Positions 10,560 through 22,254 of a stretch of 37,953 nucleotides of DNA are shown in pieces. A model generated the notes under the pieces. That model saw only the letters and a program-made list of their open reading frames with translations. It did not search any database and was not told where the DNA came from. The stretch is from Trypethelium eluteriae (lineage: Eukaryota), in contig JAVECL010000191.1 of assembly GCA_051942245.1 (NCBI GenBank), forward strand, positions 1 through 37,953. Direction: 5' to 3'. Within the stretch, counting starts at the first letter, position 1. Every line of letters starts with the position of its first letter. The position numbers were made by a program, and so were the translations under genes.

Positions 10560-11547
10560 CCATCAAAATCTACCCTTGGGTCCATCACAACGTCACAGGC
10601 TGGGTCGCGAGAATGCTTGAATTTGAACTGCGTGGATGGGAGGAAAGATCGGATTTTGAGCGCAGGGGCTGTAGGGGCTCGTGAGGCTACACGTCCATAG
10701 ATTTCGAGATGTCCAAATGGCGCGGACAGGTGGGATGGGAATGTTTGGTGGAAGTCCTCGTGGGCTGAAGTTCCTTTCCTGGTCGTCAGCGCTTGGGTCT
10801 GGTGTTTTCTGCAAACCGCCCCCGGACAATCTTGTGGGACAGTTTCAAGATATCATGTATTTCCTAGATGATACTCCGGATGGGTCTCGAGAAAATAAGA
10901 TACCGTCTTGTAAACTAGGTGGTAAAACCCAGTGTCTCCTATCGCGGTAAAATTGGACGACCTGCAGTGCTGCATTGGTATCACACCAAGATGAGACCAA
11001 TATAAAAGTCGGAAAACAACTCATTTGTCTCATGCTGATTCGTCTCCTCGAACAATATTGTAAGATTAAAAGAGTGAGATGTTATAGAGGTAGAGGTCTT
11101 GGAGAGCTTGGTGGATAGTTAAACCATTAACAAGTACACTAAAGTCATCAACCATGGGGAGGAATTGTTCAGTTGAGATATATAATAGGAATTGAATACT
11201 GGCAGGCTGCTCGACTTATAGCATTGCCGACCGCCAATACTATTGCTGACTGTCTCCAATCGTCATTAACCTTATCGAGGAGGTTTACTATACTCCGTAC
11301 ATTAAGGTAGAGCAAAGCAGCCAGAACTGCATCGCAGAGGTGAGAAGAGAATAAATGCTACCGACGATGAAGATATACAAGCGAGGCGAGACTTTCCAAA
11401 AACAATAGAAACAGGGTATCATAACGGGTCGTCAAGAATGCATTCGCTTCGCTCGAGGACAAAAAAGCAAGGCAAACATATGAGAAAGGCGTGTGAAACA
11501 ATGCATATTCACAAAACGTCCATTTCCGTTCCGCGATAACAATGCGA

Positions 11548-13644
11548 TCAGTCCCAAGACCGATCCGTCTCTTCTTCAGAATCCTGATACTCCGTCAGCC
11601 AACGACTGCCCACCACATCCGTGATACGCCACCTCTCCGCCGTATCAACCGTCAAGCAGCCCCTCACCATCTCTTCGACCTTCCCCTCCCCATCCTCCAT
11701 CTCTGCCACCGCCGGCGCCCTCCTCAGCGCCTGCACATCCCACTCCCCACCCAAAATCTTACTCTGCAGCTTCGGCGCCAACTCGTGCCGAAACGGCAGC
11801 TCCCCAACCAGCACCGTAAAGGCAATCACGCCAAACGCCCAGACATCGCCCGTCGTAACAAACATCGGGATGCCGCGACTCGCCAAGCCCTCAGGCGACG
11901 CATACTCCAGACTACCAAGCACGACCGACGGATCGGCCGACTGCGCATTCTTCCCCCCGCTACCGCCGCCACCGCCACCGCTGCTGCTGCTGCCGCCGCT
12001 GCTGTGCTCGTCCTCCTGCACCGCGCCCGCAATGTCCGACACGCAGCTGTCCTCGGTGATGAAGTCCGCCATGCCGAAGTCGCACAGCTGCAGCGTGCCG
12101 AAGCCGCGCGGGTGCGCCTCCGCGCCGCTCATGTCGATCAGGCAGTTTTCCAGCTTCACGTCGCGGTGCACCATGCGGACGTCTTCGTGGAGGTAGCGCA
12201 GCGCGGACGCGAGTTGCGCGAGGTAGCGCGTTGCGAGCGGGGCGGGGAGACCGGGCTTGCGCGCTGGGGTGGGAGTTGTGCCTGTGCCCCTAGTTGTGGC
12301 AGTCGTGGTCGTGGTTGTGGTCGCGGCGGCCCCCGTGCTGGCTTTGCGGCTGCGGCGGACGAGGTCGAAGAGGGTGCCGCCTTGGTTGAGGCGCGTGATG
12401 CAGAAGGTGGCGAACGGGGTGTCGTAGACGGCGAGGAGGGCGAGGATGTGCCGATGGCGGAGGTAGCGCCAGACCGAGACTTCGTGCTCGAACTTGGCCT
12501 GCATCTTCTCGTTCTCGGCTTCGCTGGCGCCGGGGACGCGCTTGCGCACGATCTTGACCGCGCGCCGGATGCGCGTCGAGCCTTCCATGGTGAAGACCTC
12601 CTTGACAGAGCTGAAGCCGCCGCGCCCGATCTCGCGTCCGATGATGTACTTGCTGTGGTCGCCGATCTCTTGGCCTTCGTGGTCAGGTTCAGCGAGAGCG
12701 GCGTATTCTTCCCCGCCGGCGGCATATTGAGAAAGGAAGGCGCTTGCGGGGGATTTGGATGTTGAATTGGAGGTAGACCGTCGTGAGTGGCGGCGGCTAT
12801 TGCGGCGGAGATTGGCAGGGCGGGAGCCGTCTGGTAGAGCGCCTTTGGAGAATGCGGAGCTAGTGCGTCGAAGGAAAGGCATTGGAATCGGACCAGTGGT
12901 GTTGCTGTTCGCTGTATAGGAAGCAGGTGAGCCGGTAGCGACGGGTGAAGGGAGGCTGTCCAATTGAGGTATGGCGTCAATTGGAGTGTTCACTTCGTCC
13001 ACAGAGGGAGAGACGCTTGAATCTGAGGTCAAAGAAGCGACCTTATCATAATCTTTCAGCTCCTCCTCATTCTGCCGGGGATGCTTATCGTCAGTGGATT
13101 CGAGGAAGTGATTTCCATTTGCCTGCTGTCTCCTCGTATCTCTGCCGGACGGCATGACCCTGGCATCGAATGGGTCTTCTTTGAGGTCTCCTGCATACCC
13201 TGGACTCTCAACCGCCCCTTCAGAATTGTTGAGATCTTGCGCGAGTTCTTGCAAGATTGAGCGCCCACGGGATCTTGACCGGCCTTTCTTCTTAGATAAC
13301 GGCTCGTGTAATGAGTGGACCCGGCCATCGTCAAGTCTTATCTTGTCGTTAAAGCAAATCGAGCCACGAGCTCGCGTTGAACCATCTGGGGACTCCGAGT
13401 TAGAAGTAACCGCATCGGAGTGTGACGACCCATACGACAGCGGAAGCTCTGGGTGCCCTCCAGGCCCAGTATCCAAAGAGGTCTCTTGTACTTCCCCAAC
13501 AGGTCTCAAAGTTTCCTGACTGCCCTCGGCAACCGAATCATCATGTGAGAGGGCAGCGAATGGAGAAGGTGGAGGTCTTATAGGAGAATTGGTTTCGACA
13601 CGAAGTTTGCGAAAGTCGTTGGATGGGCTCTCCTCGAGTGCCAT
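11548..13644 (-). CDS. Ser/Thr protein kinase with a long disordered N-terminus (fungal NNK1-like)
   Basis: 698-aa intronless ORF with IGRGGFSSV, AVKIV, HRDVKLEN, LCDFG, GSLEYASPE and DVWAFG motifs. The NNK1-like assignment is from recalled architecture and is less certain than the kinase call. Confidence 0.93.
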   Translation of the reverse strand: MALEESPSNDFRKLRVETNSPIRPPPSPFAALSHDDSVAEGSQETLRPVGEVQETSLDTGPGGHPELPLSYGSSHSDAVTSNSESPDGSTRARGSICFNDKIRLDDGRVHSLHEPLSKKKGRSRSRGRSILQELAQDLNNSEGAVESPGYAGDLKEDPFDARVMPSGRDTRRQQANGNHFLESTDDKHPRQNEEELKDYDKVASLTSDSSVSPSVDEVNTPIDAIPQLDSLPSPVATGSPASYTANSNTTGPIPMPFLRRTSSAFSKGALPDGSRPANLRRNSRRHSRRSTSNSTSKSPASAFLSQYAAGGEEYAALAEPDHEGQEIGDHSKYIIGREIGRGGFSSVKEVFTMEGSTRIRRAVKIVRKRVPGASEAENEKMQAKFEHEVSVWRYLRHRHILALLAVYDTPFATFCITRLNQGGTLFDLVRRSRKASTGAAATTTTTTTATTRGTGTTPTPARKPGLPAPLATRYLAQLASALRYLHEDVRMVHRDVKLENCLIDMSGAEAHPRGFGTLQLCDFGMADFITEDSCVSDIAGAVQEDEHSSGGSSSSGGGGGGSGGKNAQSADPSVVLGSLEYASPEGLASRGIPMFVTTGDVWAFGVIAFTVLVGELPFRHELAPKLQSKILGGEWDVQALRRAPAVAEMEDGEGKVEEMVRGCLTVDTAERWRITDVVGSRWLTEYQDSEEETDRSWD

Positions 13645-14724
13645 TCGAAGAATTCAGGAAGGCAGTACTGTGGATGGCCGCCCGTGGCCGTGGACGGCCG
13701 AGTGAATGACAATGGCCCTTGTCCCTACTCTTCAGCGGCGCGGTGGGACTTGAAGGAGTTAGAAATTTGTCTCTGTGAATGCCAGAACTGGACAGTGGCG
13801 GCCTTTTCTCCCTATGGCTTTCTGTATATGGGAGAACCGAGGATTCCGTCTTCGTGGCGCGACGAGAATGGGTCGAAGCTGGCTGGGATGGGTGAACTTC
13901 TTGAATAGTGTCAATAGTTGGATTGGTGGGGTGATTGGAAGAGTCTAGAGTCACGCAGAGTCCACTGATGGCAACGATGTCTTTGTTGGGCGGCAGATAG
14001 GACGTACCATGGATGCTTTGCGGCCACCTTAGAATACATATTACGATACAGTACGTTCCGTAATTAGTTGGTCAGCGGGGCTGGGCCAAGACGGGACGGG
14101 CGAGGCGATGCCACCAGGAAACCATACCTCCACCTCCACGTCTCCACGCCTCCACGCAACGCCTCCTGCCACTTGCCCTAATTGATATTGACCTGTTTTT
14201 GGCAAATATGACAACGTACCTCACTGCCGCTACCTCGCTAGGCCAAGGTCTATCAGGCCGATGAAGCCCTTTGTCGCTGATCATTGCAGCTGCCGAGTAC
14301 ATCAATATATCCATTCCATACATACTGCAACCAATTCCCACTCAGAATGACAACTTCCGAACTGAGGATCTCCCTAGCTTACAATTCTCTCCAATTTCGT
14401 ACCCTTGGAACCTTCGCCTCGTGCTGATACCCACGTATGGGCTGTGGACTGTCGAAAATACCCTTCAGTCACAATAAACTCTAACATATATTAGCTACCT
14501 ATGTGCAGGGGTTGGAACTCCGGATCCATCCTTTTTTCCTCATTCTCAGAAGTTTGCGGTGACTGTAAGGGCTCTCTTACGATGACGATAGTCTCACTGA
14601 AAGCATGGCCATCTCGTTCTGCAGCTCGCCTGTGTAGCTAAGATCTGCCATTCCCCTGTCTAATTGCTCAATCTTCCTCTGAGAAAGTGCCCGTTCAATT
14701 TCCATTTTTTCGCTAGTGCTGTCA

Positions 14725-16573
14725 CTACGTCAGCGTCAAATCAAGGAACTGCACTTGAGTCTTCTTCTCTTGGCCGGCAACTGAGAGGTCATTGGAGATG
14801 GTTTTGGCGCTGTGTGGATTTATAGATTCGACGGCCTGCAAAGATTCCTTGCCATTAAGACACAATATTCTCTCCATCACGTCTCGAAGAACACTCGCTG
14901 CGACAACGCCAGGCACTGGATCTTGCCAAGTCTTCCAAGCGACAAATCCATCGGGACGCAAGAGGACTGCACCGAAAGGGCTTATTCCGTATCTGATCAA
15001 AAAGTCTCTTCCTCGGCATTTGTATGGTATCACCTGAGGCAAGTCCATGCAACTATTTGTCTCTTGCGCGGCCTGTTTCCACTGATCTGCTTTTTCACCA
15101 AGCACGAAGACAAAATTGCCGTCACAGAGCCTCGATATAGGATATGGAGAAGCATCTGAGCTGTCGCCTGCCGCAGTTTTGATGTATACGTGAGGCGCCC
15201 TACTTCCTGCTCTTGCCGTCGCAACGAGAGGGTCTTCATTAAGCTCCCCCAACTCGTCAGCCATGAAAGCACTCGAGTGATACCTGAAGCCCAGTTCTAA
15301 CCACGTATCTGGTAGTTCTTCCTCCAGGTAGTCCACCGATTTTTTCATCTCAGGAGCGGAACGTACAACGTATCGCTCCAATACCTGGTTGACAGTCTTT
15401 TGCCCCACTGGAAAACGCTCTTCATGGTATGTCTGCTCTACTAATTCTCGGCCGGCTCGACCATTTATAAGTAGTGCGAGCTTCCATGCAAGATTATGGA
15501 CATCTTGAATACCGGTGTTGCCTCCATAACCTCCCTGAGGCGTCATAGCGTGGGCCGAATCACCGGCTAAGATCACACGACCCACGTTGTAGCGTTGGGC
15601 GTTATCACAGACAGCTCGCCATTTTGCAATGGATTCGATCTGAACCTGAATGCTCTCATTACCAATCGCGGCACGAAGGTACTCGCTGGCTTGCTCATCC
15701 GTTACGTTGTCGGCAGGAAAGCGGCTTTCTTTGGTCCCCTGCTTTCCAGCGGTGAAGACGACCAAAAAGCCTTGCTGTCCTGTCCGATCGATTCGAAAGA
15801 AGCCACGGACTGTTGGATTATTGACATATATGACGCCATTATACTGATCTTCAAGATATTTGCTGACGTCAGCTTTGAAATAGATCGTTAGCGAATGGCT
15901 CAAAAGACCGTGTCCATTGACTTTGATTCCGAGCTTGTCTCGAACAGATGAGCGGACACCATCGCAAGCGACGAGATATTCTGCCCGTACTATATTTTTC
16001 TCTCCGCTCTCCACAGAGCGTATCAAGGCGGTTGCACCCTTGTCGTCTTGCTCAAATGAGATCATCTCTGTAGAAAAACGCAAGTCAATGCCGTTCTGAA
16101 TTGCCTCTTTTCGCAGCATAGGCTCAAGCTTGTCTTGTGTCAAGAAAAGTCGGCCAGCGGACGAGACATTCTCGATACCCTTCGGAATTATCCCAAGTCA
16201 TTACTTGTCGGCTTGTTACAGGTGAAAGCGAAGTGAAAGAACTGGATAATACCTCATTTATGTTGCTTGCGAACGTCTGAATAAGTTTTCCAGCTAGGCT
16301 TTCTACGGCTACTACTCTTGAATTTTCGTCATATGACTTGGCGCTCTCTGCTCTCATTTGGTCATATAAGCCTAGTTCCTGGTAGATCTCCATAGTTCTT
16401 GGATGAAACAACGCAGCCCGCGGGTGAATGGCAGTACTCGGATGTCGCTCGACAGTAATACACCCACTAATGCCGTGCTTTGCTAAAAGTATGGATAGCG
16501 TCATCCCGACCATCGAGCCGCCAACTATGAGCACAGGAGCATGCGCAACGGGGAAATTGGTAAACGGATCCAT
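14725..16573 (-). CDS. FAD-dependent monooxygenase (PheA/TfdB/RdmE-like aromatic hydroxylase)
   Basis: Predicted exons 16573-16253 and 16179-14725. Motifs: VLIVGGSMVG (dinucleotide binding), YLVACDGVRSSVR (DG motif), RVILAGDSAHAMTPQGGYGGNTGIQDVHNLAWKL (GD motif), and C-terminal GSRAPH / LLRPDGFVAW. Confidence 0.93.
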
Positions 16574-17649
16574 GGATGCTTCTTGTACGGGATCCACAAT
16601 GAAACCACGTTTGAAATACAACGGGAGGAATGAGGCAAGATCTAGAGTTTAAACCTAACGGACCTGTAATAGTGAGCAACTTCAGTATCCATGCTATGTC
16701 TGGGGTAAAAAAGCGGAGACGAACTGGCTCAGCTCAGTTGGCCTATTACAGCATCAGAGCATTCACCTCCGGGCAAAGGTACGTACCGAAAATCGTCTAG
16801 TTTGCCAACAAAACTCCGCCAATTTCAGAAGCTATCATAGACTCTAATACTGTGAACCCCACATACAAAGAGATAGGAGCGCGGAGGTCAAGTGAAGATC
16901 GACCAAACGATATTACTGTCTAGCAATCGATAGGATTTCCACCCTGTGAGTTGTTCTTTCTTCACAGTGGTATGGAACGGCAATTCTAATCGCTTGTCTG
17001 TATTCAAGACCACAAGCTCTAATCAGCAAACAAATAAATTTGTCACCTACCTGTCCTATCCAGGTCGTGTGATTAGATACACGTTCGTTAGCTTCATATT
17101 CTAGTCCTGGACTGGGAAAGATTTTTCCTTGAGCCTCAGAGAGCTTCGTGCTATGGGCAGGGCAGCTCTTTTGCTCCAAGCAACGCGATACTAGCAAACA
17201 GCAGGCCAGCTCGCTGCTCTGCGGTCGAAGAAAACATATGACGAGTAATGCCAGTTCTCACAGCTCTATTGGAGCCGATAGACTATGAAAATAAGTTCGG
17301 AAAAGGCCGGATTGAAGATCCGGGTATTATGCTGTGTGTACTTCAGACTGCAACATTGTCAAAGTTGCTACAATACTCACCAGATTCATCATTCATGGAC
17401 ATTCGAGATCTGAGCTGAATTCCATTGAACCGCCGATTGGTGATTGCATACAACCCATGAAGCTTTCTAGAAGCTACGGAAATTGCTGAAAAACTAGGAA
17501 CCGGAAGACGATGCATATCATAATTATGGCTGAAATATAGTCGAATTTGAACTCTTGGTCTCCAGTCAAAGAACGAAGCGAAGGAGAAGATCAAGGGAGA
17601 GTAACACCATCAGAATCTTCTTTATTCAGTTCCGTGAGCGATTGCTAGA

Positions 17650-18693
17650 CTACCGAGCTTGAGTCTTCAAAGATGGCAACCATTTCAGCAACGCTTTCGC
17701 TGTCAGCTCTGGGGCTTCTTCGGGAAGAAAGTGGCCAATCCCATTGCCTATCGGGATTGGTGTGATCAAGGCCGAGCCATCACTAAAGGGCTGGTCCCAC
17801 ACAGATTCTATAGGCTTTTTAGCTCGTTTCTGCAGAAAGTCTGCGCTGTAGACGAAAAGTAGAGGAGCTGTGATACGCTGGTCATTGTCAATGGCCTTCG
17901 TCTGAGCATCCAGATCGACCGTGGCACCAGCTTCGTAATCTCGGCATGACGCTTCGATGACAGACTCTCGATCAAAGAAGCTGCGGTAGACCGTCAAAGC
18001 ATCTCCGCTTTTCAATCTCTCGAGTCCCTCCGCGTTCGACCCTGCCCAGCGGTTGATCATGGCTTCGGCCCAGTTTCCACCCCCATATGCCACGATCATG
18101 GGTTTCGCGATTGAGACATTGGCGAGGAAGGACCAGTGAAAGTATCCAGTCTGAGCAGCGGCATTGTCTCCGATCTGCCACTGATATAGCCCTGGTACGA
18201 TATCGAGTAAGGCTAGCCCGATGATATGGAAGCCCATGACATCGGCCTTTCCAATGGAGACGTGAAGTGCGTCTGCGACTCTAGCGCCCCGGTCGTGGCC
18301 AATGAGGACAATCGGAGGGTATCTGACGGCAGTATCACCCCCATTATCGAATGCCTCCCGTAGGGCTTCAATAACGCGAAGTCCAACACTGACCTTATCA
18401 TGCTGGTCTGTTGGAGCACTGTTGCCGTACCCAGGCAGGTCCGGGACAAAGATAGGCTTGTCCTGGAGCAAAGGGATTACGAAACGCCATCTGAAAAGTC
18501 AGAGATGATTGAGTAAATCGGTGGTTACGATATCGCACATATATGCACTCTGAGGATATCCATGGAGTAGAGCCAGGATCGGTTTGTCGTCGCTCGCCTT
18601 GTTTAGACTCCGATAATAACTGACGATTCCTTTATTCGAGGTAACCTTTTGCAGGCCTAGTTCCGCGAATTTCTGTTCCTGAATATGTGCCAT
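17650..18693 (-). CDS. Alpha/beta hydrolase of the epoxide hydrolase / haloacetate (fluoroacetate) dehalogenase group
   Basis: Predicted exons 18693-18539 and 18490-17650 (48-nt intron). Motifs: LLHGYPQ, PDLPGYG, IGHDRGARV (Asp nucleophile), LLDIVP, YFHWSFL, CRDYEAG, GHFLPEEAPE. Confidence 0.9.
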
Positions 18694-19375
18694 TTCTTCG
18701 CTGTCTGAAGCGATGCTGTCTATCCGATGCGGATGGTTAGAGTAGAGGGTGGCGAAAAGTAACAACCATGGCCCCAAGGTTGAAATAGTAGGGTTTCGTG
18801 CCAAAAATGAGGCCCTCCTTGCTGCATTTGTCAGCTCACTCTGTGTTTTGGGCTAGTTGCCAGTCTGAGACCGTAGGGTCTGGTATAGGGCGTGAGGGCT
18901 GACTTGTTTGGCTGCCTGTGTCATATACAAGCCCCTCGCGGGACTCGTGTTCCAGGCTATGGCTTTATTCTATCGTCTCTCAGATTCCTCGCGATCCTGT
19001 CCACGAGAGTTGATTGATGGAGCCCCAACGTTGCTCCATTGATTGCTCGTGCGTGCTTACTTGTACGACTAGCCAGTCAATGATTGCTTACTACAAATTG
19101 CACAAACAGAATCTCACATCTCCTCCTAACGGTTGAGGTTGAGAATGTTACGACTGTTCCAGGACACCTGGCCACTTGAAATTGGGCAGGTTTGATATGG
19201 GCTGTGTCAAATGGTATCAGGAGCCACACTAGATAGTTTCGACCTCGATACGAAAGGCAGAAGAGAACTATCAATTGTACATTTCCGTTTTCGAGCACAA
19301 CAACGTACATGACGCTTTTATAAAAATCGGCCTGCCCAGTGACTACCTTATCATCGCTTCTTTTGCTAAAATCAC

Positions 19376-21072
19376 TTAACCGAAAAGAGCATCGCCAAGA
19401 CGGATGTTCACCGTCTTGAGCTGGGTATAATTATCAAGTGCTGCCTCACCCAATTCACGTCCGATACCACTCTCCTTGAAGCCACCAAACGGCAGCTGGT
19501 GGTGAAGAGTATTGTATGTGTTGACCCACACAGTGCCTGCACGGAGGGCGTTGGAAACCTCGATAGCGGTGTTTAGGTTGGTGGTATGAACGGCAGCAGC
19601 GAGACCGTAGGTGGTGGTGTTGCCGAGACGGATGGCGTCCTCCTTGGTGGAGAATTTGGAGATGGAGCAGACGGGCCCGAAGATCTCCTCTTGCATGATC
19701 TTCATGTCCTCGGTGACGTTGCTGAAGATGGTGGGTTCGATGAAATAGCCATTGTTTCCCTTACGCTCTCCGCCGATCTCAACCTTGGCACCCTCCTTCT
19801 TGCCAGCATCAATGTAGCTGTAAATTGTGTTAGCCATTGCTTCAGTATGAATTCATCGATGGAAACATACCCCATGATACGGTCGAATTGCAGTTGCGAG
19901 ACCTGGGGGCCTTGGAATGTATCGGAAGCGAATGGATCACCAACAACGTTCTTTTGCGCACGTTGCCTAAATCGCTCGATGAACTTCTCATAGATGCCCT
20001 CCTGAACGTAGATGCGGGAACCAGCACAGCAGCACTGGCCATGGTTGAAGAAGATGCCAAAGTTCACCCAAGAGATGGCGTTGTCGATATCAGCGTCGTT
20101 GAAGACAATGTTGGGGCTCTTGCCACCGAGTTCAAGAGTGACCTTCTTGAGGTTGGAGCCAGCAGCGGCCTTGAGGATGGAACGACCAGTAACGGTAGAA
20201 CCGGTAAAAGCAACCTTGTCAATGTTCATGTGAGAGGCAATGGCAGCGCCGGCAGTCTTTCCGAAGCCTGAGATGACGTTGATGACACCTGGTGGGAAGC
20301 CAGCCTCCTTGACGAGTTGTGCGGCATAGAGACCTGAAAGAGGTGTTTGCTCGGCGGTCTTGATGACGACGGTATTACCACAAGCAATCGCTGGGCCAAT
20401 CTTCCAGGACCACATGAGGATGGGGAAGTTCCAGGGAATAATTTGTCCGCAAACACCGATCTGATTTGAAAGTTAGCTTAGGTTGTTAGAACACTGCAGT
20501 CATCGTGAAACGTACTGGCTCCTTCTTGACGTAGTTGAAGGTGTCGGGCGAGGTATCGACAACTTTGCCCTCGATCTTGTCTGCCCATCCACCATAGTAT
20601 CTGAGACAGCGAGCAGCCATTGAAACATCGAACTTGGCCATCGAAAAGGCCTTGCCATTATCTAATGACTCGATTGCGGCAAGAGTATCGAGGTGCTTCT
20701 CCATAAGATTTGCGAGGTTGCTGAGGTACTTGGCACGGTCCTCTGGTGTTACTTTGCGCCATTCGCCCTCGAAGGCCTTGCGTGCGGCATTGACTGCAAT
20801 GTCAACATCCTTCTCAGTGGCTTCGGCGACAGCAACGATTGGCTTTTCATTTGAAGGGTTGATGGTCTCAAAGGTTTTGCCATCAACAGCCTTCACGAAT
20901 TCATTGTTAATGAACCTGAAATGGCCCCAATGCATCAGCCGCGTTTCTGTGTGTGAAAATGCTGTCTGATGACGCAATAGAAGGCAGCATATTGATCTGG
21001 GTGTGGCAGCACTTACAGTCCGGTGGGCTGAGAGTATTTGCCCTGGGGGGTCTCAAGTTCGACAGAAGACAT
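19376..21072 (-). CDS. aldA: NAD-dependent aldehyde dehydrogenase (AldA/ALDH2-like)
   Basis: Predicted exons 21072-21017, 20915-20516, 20460-19871, 19817-19376. Motifs: [52 protein letters not shown]. Confidence 0.96.
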
Positions 21073-21147
21073 GTTGATTGATTGCAGGTGAGGTTTGTAT
21101 GAAGTTTGCTAGTATTTGAGAAGAATTCGAGAAAATTATATCTGAGC

Positions 21148-21345
21148 TGCGGGAGGCGGCGATTAAAATAGTTGCAAGCTACAAAGTCACTGTGATGACG
21201 GACTTGGTTCCGATGAGTCGAGACGCGCCCCAATCCAGAGCTTCAGTGAGCGGCTCGAAACAAGCGGGGAGTGGAAGCGCATCTTGGCTCGATCTGTTTG
21301 GCCTTCGGTAATGCGGGTGCCCGAGGTGGATCGTGTCTGGAGGGG
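21148..21345. promoter_or_regulatory. Candidate CreA (SYGGRG) and AlcR-type (WGCGG) sites upstream of aldA
   Basis: GCGGGG at 21264-21269 and CTGGAG near 21337. AGCGG at 21249-21253 and 21263-21267, TGCGG near 21148 and 21312. These motifs are short and could be chance. Confidence 0.3.
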
Positions 21346-22254
21346 TGGTGAAGGGTGGTGAAGGGGGGTCCTAGAGGTGGTGAAGCGTGCTAACGGAGTA
21401 GGAAGGAGGGGTTGGGGTGGATTGAAGTGGACTGAGCTGGGTTTCGCCGTCTCGCTGCATCATTTACCCCACCTCAACCTCGTCCTCGGCTCGACTGCCG
21501 TCCTTCTAGATCTCGATGTCGCTCAGGAAATGCTTTTTTTTCACCCGTTCTTACCCTATCACCGCACCATGTTTACTAACATCATTCCAAATCCTGCCTA
21601 AACCCCTGTTGCCCGAGTATGTAGCGAGCTGGGCTTAGCGCACTCGCGCGAAGTTGGCCTTCTTAACATTTTTAAACACTATCCTGACAGTAAAAAATCT
21701 GCCAACAATAGTAGAACCCCTCAGACCTAGGGCCCCCTCTGAAAACTGGGCTGCGTATATAGTAAATTGTCGGAAGATCACGGATCGTCTACGGGTCTAC
21801 AGATTCCTGGAAGGCGGAATCGGGTTCATCCTTTGGAACTTACAACCGCGCCCTAAGCTTAGATTGAACACGCATGGTATTTGCATACCTGCAATGTTCC
21901 TTAGGGCCGACAGATGATTCTTAGAGTATCAATCTCTACCCTCCGAACCCGTGTGTTCTTGCACCAGCTTAATAGAGGAGTCCCACCGCACGCATGGGAG
22001 AGCGAGCATGGATGGGATCACCACAAGAGTGCAGACGATCCATTTGTTTGTATTATCAGCTACGTACTGTAGGCTATGCCACCACCGAGAGAGCCATGGG
22101 TGTGAAGCAAGTGTGGTGTAGTGTACAGAAGAAAAGAAAAAGTGTCGTGAGTTGAAAGACCGTGTCTTGGTCCGCAGCGTGTATCAATCTGAGTATCGAT
22201 CATGGATTGATGATAGTTCGGAGTCGGTGTGTTGTGAGCATTATTGAGAGTGGA

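Noticed and set aside
11542..12980. Long alternative-frame ORFs (407, 191 and 274 aa) over the kinase
   Set aside because: Expected from stop-codon depletion in a very GC3-rich CDS; low-complexity translations.
19586..20969. Plus-strand ORFs antisense to aldA
   Set aside because: Shadow ORFs of a strongly codon-biased gene.
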